From contig CAXTTL010000171.1 of the NCBI GenBank assembly GCA_964247135.1, positions 1 through 10,568 of the forward strand: a stretch of DNA of 10,568 nt, in the 5' to 3' direction. This DNA is from an uncultured Deinococcales bacterium. GTDB taxonomy: Bacteria > Deinococcota > Deinococci > Deinococcales > JAAFIG01. Below, piece by piece: positions 6,541-10,568 of this stretch. The translations under genes were made by a program, and so were the position numbers. The notes under the pieces are model-generated. The model was not told the origin of the DNA. It did not search any database and saw only the letters and a program-made list of their open reading frames with translations. Position 1 is the stretch's first letter; each line of letters starts with the position of its first letter.

Positions 6541-6756
6541 AGGAGGTGGTTATGGAACCCATTCCCAGTTCAGGGTCAGTGCCGTTATCTTGCACTTCGG
6601 GTGTTCATGCCGCGCTCCAAACAAAATCTGTTTGAGTTCATCATGACTTCCTGACCTGAATTCGCTTCGGGCGCGGTATCGTGCTCCATTCCCTGAATGT
6701 TGTCACCAAATGTTCGGGCGTTGCTCTTTGCGGGCATCAGGAGGTGAAATCATGAT
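6541..6756 (+). promoter_or_regulatory. Structured cis-regulatory leader of mgtE with alternative anti-RBS / anti-anti-RBS pairings
   Basis: 6640-6654 is complementary to the mgtE SD and ATG (6737-6756). Alternatively 6651-6662 pairs with 6567-6579, and 6642-6646 pairs with 6605-6609. Confidence 0.65.
6552..6635 (+). CDS. Putative mgtE leader peptide, 27 aa (MEPIPSSGSVPLSCTSGVHAALQTKSV)
   Basis: Perfect SD AGGAGGT at 6541-6547, ATG 6552, TGA 6633-6635. Pro at codons 3, 5 and 11. Confidence 0.6.
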   Translation: MEPIPSSGSVPLSCTSGVHAALQTKSV

Positions 6757-8149
6757 TCTTGAAGGTACAACGCTACAGCCGCTCGAGTTGCTCGAGGTTT
6801 TAAAAGAGGGTCGGCGCGACGAGTTTAAAGGTTTGCTGCGAAGCCAGCCCGAAACCGTGGTGGACGCGGCGTTCGAGGATGCAACCCGTGACGAACGCTT
6901 GGAATTCTTGCGTTTGATGCCGGTCGAACGGGCGGCGAACACGTTCACGGATTTGTCGCTCGAGGATCAAAGCGATTTCTTGCCCGATCTGTCCAGCGAC
7001 CGCATTCGGGTCATGGGCGCGTTTTTTGGTCCGGACGAAATGGCAGATTTGCTGGGCGAACTCGAGTCGGACGCGGATGCCAGGGCGTATCTGATCTCGA
7101 GTTTGCCGCCGACCCTCGCCAAAAGTGCGCTCGAACTCGAGTTGTACCCCGACGATGACGCGGGCGGTATGATGACGCCAGAATTTGTGGCGGTGCGTGA
7201 GGGTTGGAGCGTCGGGCACGCGATTCAATTTTTGCGCCAAGCCGCAGACCACGCCGAGACGGTGCAGAATCTGTATTTGGTGAACACAGGCGGTCAATTG
7301 CGCGGCATCATTCCGCTTCAAGCGTTAATCACCGCACCCGCAATGGCAAAAGTCGAAGACTTGGCGCGGCTCGAGATTATTTTTGCCAGAACCGACACAG
7401 GTCAAGAAGAGGTTTCGCGCCTGATGCGCGATTACGATTTGGCGGTCATGCCAATTGTCGATGAATCTGGGGTTCTAAAAGGAATTGTCACGATTGACGA
7501 TGTGATTGACGTACTCGAGGAGGAAGCCACCGATGATATTTACAAGGGCGCGGCGATTCAGGGTGGCGAGTTCGAGTACCGAACCGCCAGTCCGTTTTTG
7601 CTGTGGCGCAAACGCATTGGCTGGTTGTTGATTTTGTTTGTGACCGAAAGTTTAACCGCAAATGTGATCGGGGCTTACGACGGACTGATTAAGGCTGCAC
7701 CGTTGCTGGCAGTTTATTTGCCCACTTTGATCGGGACTGGTGGCAATACAGGATCGCAATCGGCGACCTTGGTCATTCGGGCGATTGCGTTGGGTGAAAT
7801 TCGAGGGCGCGACGCCTGGCGGGTGATGTTCAAAGAACTTGGTGCTGGGTTATTGATTGGCGCGACGATTGGCATTGTGGCTTTTGCCCGAATTGTGTTG
7901 TTTCGCCGAAATCAGGGTTTGGGCTTGGCGCTCACGGCGGCAATTTCGATGTTTCTGATTGCCATTTTTGCCAACATCACTGGGGCGTTGCTGCCGATTT
8001 TGTTTAAGAAACTCAAAGTCGATCCCGCGTTAACCTCCAGTCCATTTTTGGCAACGGTCATGGATGCAACGGGCTTGTTGATCTATTTTGGGCTGGCACA
8101 ATTTTTGATTCATTTGGGCATCTATCAACTCGAGCCGATCAAACCATGA
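6752..8149 (+). CDS. mgtE: Magnesium transporter MgtE (N domain, CBS pair, 5-TM domain)
   Basis: AGGMMTPEFVAV, GIVTIDDVIDVLEEEATDDI, GTGGNTGSQ and DPALTSSPFLATVMDATGLLIY with the pore Asp. SD AGGAGGT at 6739-6745 supports ATG 6752. Confidence 0.96.
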   Translation: MILEGTTLQPLELLEVLKEGRRDEFKGLLRSQPETVVDAAFEDATRDERLEFLRLMPVERAANTFTDLSLEDQSDFLPDLSSDRIRVMGAFFGPDEMADLLGELESDADARAYLISSLPPTLAKSALELELYPDDDAGGMMTPEFVAVREGWSVGHAIQFLRQAADHAETVQNLYLVNTGGQLRGIIPLQALITAPAMAKVEDLARLEIIFARTDTGQEEVSRLMRDYDLAVMPIVDESGVLKGIVTIDDVIDVLEEEATDDIYKGAAIQGGEFEYRTASPFLLWRKRIGWLLILFVTESLTANVIGAYDGLIKAAPLLAVYLPTLIGTGGNTGSQSATLVIRAIALGEIRGRDAWRVMFKELGAGLLIGATIGIVAFARIVLFRRNQGLGLALTAAISMFLIAIFANITGALLPILFKKLKVDPALTSSPFLATVMDATGLLIYFGLAQFLIHLGIYQLEPIKP

Positions 8150-8184
8150 ATTGAAGCTCAGTGTTGAACCACTCTGTCCTTCTC

Positions 8185-8215
8185 GGCTCGAGCCAACCTC
8201 GAGCCTGTTTCATTT
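8185..8215 (+). terminator. Possible terminator hairpin between convergent mgtE and glutaminyl cyclase genes
   Basis: GGCTCGAG-CCAAC-CTCGAGCC (8185-8205) followed by TGTTTCATTT, a weak U-tract. Confidence 0.5.
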
Positions 8216-8980
8216 GATTTCGATCTCGTATAAAAATGCCCAGTATTTTCCGGTCACAAAAATACGTTTTGTGGCGGCATCATAGGCAATTCCGTTTAAA
8301 ACCGCATCCGGATTTTCGGTCCCAAATTTTGGTTTTAAGCCCGTCAGGTCAATGTATGCCGTTATTTTGCCGGTGGTCGGGTTGATACGGGCAATCTTAT
8401 TCGTATACCAAATGTTTGCCCATATTTCGCCGTTGATCCACTCGAGTTCGTTGATCTGATTGATTGGCTTTCCACCGTCGGTCACTTCCAGGGTTTTGAT
8501 GGTTTTAAAATCGCTGGCGTTGCGGAAGTAAATGGTGCTCGAGCCGTCGGATTGAATCAGGTTTTTGCCGTCGGTGCTCAAACCCCAACCTTGGGTGTCA
8601 TATGGCAGGGTTTTGAGGAGTTTAAAATTGCTCGAGTAGACAAAAGCGGTTTTGCTGAGCCACGTCAGTTGATAAAATTTGCCATTCAGGTAGCTTAAAC
8701 CTTCGCCAAATTTGTCGGCTGGAAGGGGCTGTTTTTGAATCACCTCGCCCGTTTCGAGCTTCACTTTGCGAATGTCGCTGTGCCCGTTTTGTCCGGTGCT
8801 TTCAAACAAAAACCCGTCTTTGTAGAGCAGTCCTTCGGTATAAGCCGTTGGGTCGTGCAGGTAGGTATTTAAGATTTTGTAACCTTGAACGGGCGTGCTC
8901 GGATTTTGTGAGTACACCCTAGACGCGAGAAAGCCCAAACTCGAGATCACAAGACAAATCACGGCGCTGCGTTTGTTCAT
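8210..8980 (-). CDS. Glutaminyl-peptide cyclotransferase (plant/bacterial beta-propeller type), secreted
   Basis: HDPTAYTEGL, ESTG, FGEGL, QLTW, GWGL, SDGS, NELE, ANIW, VLNGIAYD and VTGKYW motifs. N-terminal signal peptide; SD AGGA upstream. Confidence 0.92.
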   Translation of the reverse strand: MNKRSAVICLVISSLGFLASRVYSQNPSTPVQGYKILNTYLHDPTAYTEGLLYKDGFLFESTGQNGHSDIRKVKLETGEVIQKQPLPADKFGEGLSYLNGKFYQLTWLSKTAFVYSSNFKLLKTLPYDTQGWGLSTDGKNLIQSDGSSTIYFRNASDFKTIKTLEVTDGGKPINQINELEWINGEIWANIWYTNKIARINPTTGKITAYIDLTGLKPKFGTENPDAVLNGIAYDAATKRIFVTGKYWAFLYEIEIK

Positions 8981-9021
8981 GTTTTTATCCTAACGCGATT
9001 TAAACCTGGGTTGTCTCGGGT

Positions 9022-9669
9022 TTATTTTTTGACAGGGGTGGTCGTGCTGTTGACCGCCACCACTTTGGTTTTGTCGCCCACTTGAAATGCCACGAACGAG
9101 TAGGACTGCGTCGATTGCAGCCGCAATTTAAAGCTCGAGTTTTTCTTGTCCTTGCTGTAGGCGTCAAAACTGATGCTGAGGGGGTTGACCAAAATATCTT
9201 GACTGGCGTTTGGCTTTAAATCTTTAAAAACGCTGGTGCCATCGCTTGTTTTGATGCTGAGCAGGTCGCTCGAGAAGTTGTAGGCGAGCAATTGGGCTTT
9301 GACTTTGTTGGCAATTTTTTTGTCGTTAAAGCTTTTGACGCTCAAATTGTTGCTCGCGCCGACGATTGCCAGGGTATAAAACTTGCCCGCTTTCGCTGTC
9401 AACGTGGCACTTGTTTTGTTGGTTCCACTTTGCATTTCAAAGCTGTGATTGCCCGCCTTGAGCACTTCATAGGGCAGAATCCCTTGGGCGGTCAGCGCGG
9501 CAATCCAGGGTTTGCCATCGAGTTTAACGGCTATCGGTGACGCCCCCAACTCCGCGTCAATGATTCGCACGAAGCTCGAGTTGGCGGGCGGTTCTGGGGC
9601 GTACAGTCCTTGCGCCAGGGCTATTGGGGTCAAAACGATCAACAGGCTCAACATCTTGGTGGGTTTCAT
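9022..9669 (-). CDS. algF: AlgF-like periplasmic O-acetylation accessory protein
   Basis: Signal peptide ending ALA, then GLYAPEPPANSSFVRII matching the AlgF N-terminal LY.P.PP..SAFVR pattern. Two beta-rich repeats; adjacent to an AlgX/AlgJ-like gene. Start ATG 9669 is preferred (AAAGGA upstream). Confidence 0.78.
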   Translation of the reverse strand: MKPTKMLSLLIVLTPIALAQGLYAPEPPANSSFVRIIDAELGASPIAVKLDGKPWIAALTAQGILPYEVLKAGNHSFEMQSGTNKTSATLTAKAGKFYTLAIVGASNNLSVKSFNDKKIANKVKAQLLAYNFSSDLLSIKTSDGTSVFKDLKPNASQDILVNPLSISFDAYSKDKKNSSFKLRLQSTQSYSFVAFQVGDKTKVVAVNSTTTPVKK

Positions 9670-9745
9670 GGGTCCTTTCAAAACGCGTCTGCTCGAGTTT
9701 GAACAAACCTGATGAATTTTGAATGAAGTCCTGATTGTACCGAAC

Positions 9746-10568
9746 CTATTTCAAAGCGCAGATTTTGGTGTTCTCGAGTTTCGGGTTGACATCGCCGTCA
9801 CTTGCCACGACACTCAAAGAGCTGACATTCAAGCCGTCCGGCAAAGCAATATTCAGGTCATGCGGATCGTCGTCGTCGGCTCGGGTGGCGGTCAAGGCTT
9901 TACGCTGGTTATCGCTCGCCAAAAAACGCAACTCGATTTGGCTCACGCCGCTGGCGGTGATACGCGTGTGCAAATACCAACCGCTTCGGGGACTGGGTTT
10001 GGCAAATTGCACCACACCATTTTTGAGGCTGCTCGAGATGCCATTCTCTCCGCAGTCGCCCAAAATCCAAGGTCCCAGCGTTTGGCTCAAATGCCTGACC
10101 TTGTCGGTGGCGGTACGGTAAATGTATTCTGGAACTTCCCAGACGATCAATTTAGGCGGGTTTTGTGAAAACGCATCGCTGGTAAAATACTCGCCCGCGC
10201 TGGTGGCAATGCCGCCGCCAGGGATCGAGACGTTGGCGACGGGGCTTTGCAGGGCAACCTCCAAATTGTCCGGAAAGGCGTGCTTGTTGACCTCGGCGCT
10301 GAAACTGGTGCCGATCAAAACCGTGGCTGGTGCCGTGTCAAACAAACTCGAGCCGGAGACGGCAGAGACGGCTTTGTACAACTGATAGGTTTCACTCGCG
10401 GGTGGCAGAATACCCAGCCTGGTTTTTGCCGCGTCGTCGAGCACAAAGCCGTTCAGGCTGAGGTTCTTGTCTGGAATATCGGTCGGGGTTTTGCGGCGTT
10501 TGCCGTCTGGCTCGAGTTTGTACCTGACGGTCGGTAAATGTTGTCGCCAACCGTTTTGGTAAACGTAA
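9746..10568 (-). CDS. AlgX/AlgJ-family SGNH-like polysaccharide O-acetyltransferase with C-terminal beta domain, 5' partial
   Basis: SLFD.....VLIGTSFS (catalytic Ser), V.NVSIPGGG and F...PPKLIVWEVPE motifs. The frame is open to the window end (YVYQNGWRQHLPTVRYKLEPDG...). Confidence 0.8.
   Translation of the reverse strand, partial: YVYQNGWRQHLPTVRYKLEPDGKRRKTPTDIPDKNLSLNGFVLDDAAKTRLGILPPASETYQLYKAVSAVSGSSLFDTAPATVLIGTSFSAEVNKHAFPDNLEVALQSPVANVSIPGGGIATSAGEYFTSDAFSQNPPKLIVWEVPEYIYRTATDKVRHLSQTLGPWILGDCGENGISSSLKNGVVQFAKPSPRSGWYLHTRITASGVSQIELRFLASDNQRKALTATRADDDDPHDLNIALPDGLNVSSLSVVASDGDVNPKLENTKICALK

Larger units (their letters stand above)
368..10516. repeat. Highly iterated palindromic hexamer CTCGAG, dispersed (about 77 copies)
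   Basis: Hand count of about 77 exact copies, first at 368 and last at 10511. About 2.6 are expected for a 6-mer in 10.6 kb at ~50% GC. Confidence 0.95.

Noticed and set aside
6305-6646. 113-aa ORF spanning the mgtE upstream region
   Set aside because: It crosses the promoter and leader, has no SD and has an atypical composition. The SD-led 27-codon uORF in another frame is better supported.
6485-6751. Canonical M-box (ykoK) or yybP-ykoY riboswitch
   Set aside because: I could not find their conserved sequence blocks by eye. An Infernal search is needed to exclude them formally.
7520-8128. CTCGAG-free gap in mgtE as a sign of foreign origin
   Set aside because: It coincides largely with the conserved hydrophobic TM domain, where Leu-Glu, Ser-Ser/Arg and x-Arg-x are constrained, and composition is normal.
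9002-9023. Hairpin between algF and the glutaminyl cyclase as a terminator
   Set aside because: It pairs well only on the + strand through G-U pairs. On the coding (-) strand it has two A-C mismatches.
368-10516. CTCGAG copies as a CRISPR array, REP elements or an XhoI concatemer artefact
   Set aside because: Spacing is irregular, flanks are not conserved, and intact conserved ORFs read through the sites in all frames, which random ligation of fragments would not produce.
9719-10537. Plus-strand ORFs of 87-149 aa
   Set aside because: Antisense to the AlgX/AlgJ-like gene, with no recognisable motifs.

Overview
Chromosomal window of about 50% GC, most likely from a Deinococcota bacterium (Deinococcus/Thermus-style Cmk and MgtE motifs, apparent leaderless starts). 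Gene order: TlpA/ResA thiol-disulfide oxidoreductase (5' partial); cmk-plsC-GNAT operon; MocR/GabR regulator divergent from an EamA transporter and a GNAT; an AT-rich orphan membrane ORF; mgtE; then on the minus strand AlgX/AlgJ-like (5' partial), AlgF-like and glutaminyl cyclase. Two signals stand out. (1) The palindrome CTCGAG occurs about 77 times by hand count, against about 2.6 expected, in all reading frames and between genes, like a HIP1-type highly iterated palindrome. (2) mgtE has a ~270-nt leader behind a near-consensus sigma70 promoter. It carries an unannotated 27-codon leader peptide starting MEPIP (reminiscent of enterobacterial MgtL) and mutually exclusive anti-RBS/anti-anti-RBS helices, suggesting a ribosome-sensing Mg2+ attenuator. 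Also noted: a probable leaderless uORF coupled to EamA, and Gln-starting secreted proteins next to the glutaminyl cyclase.
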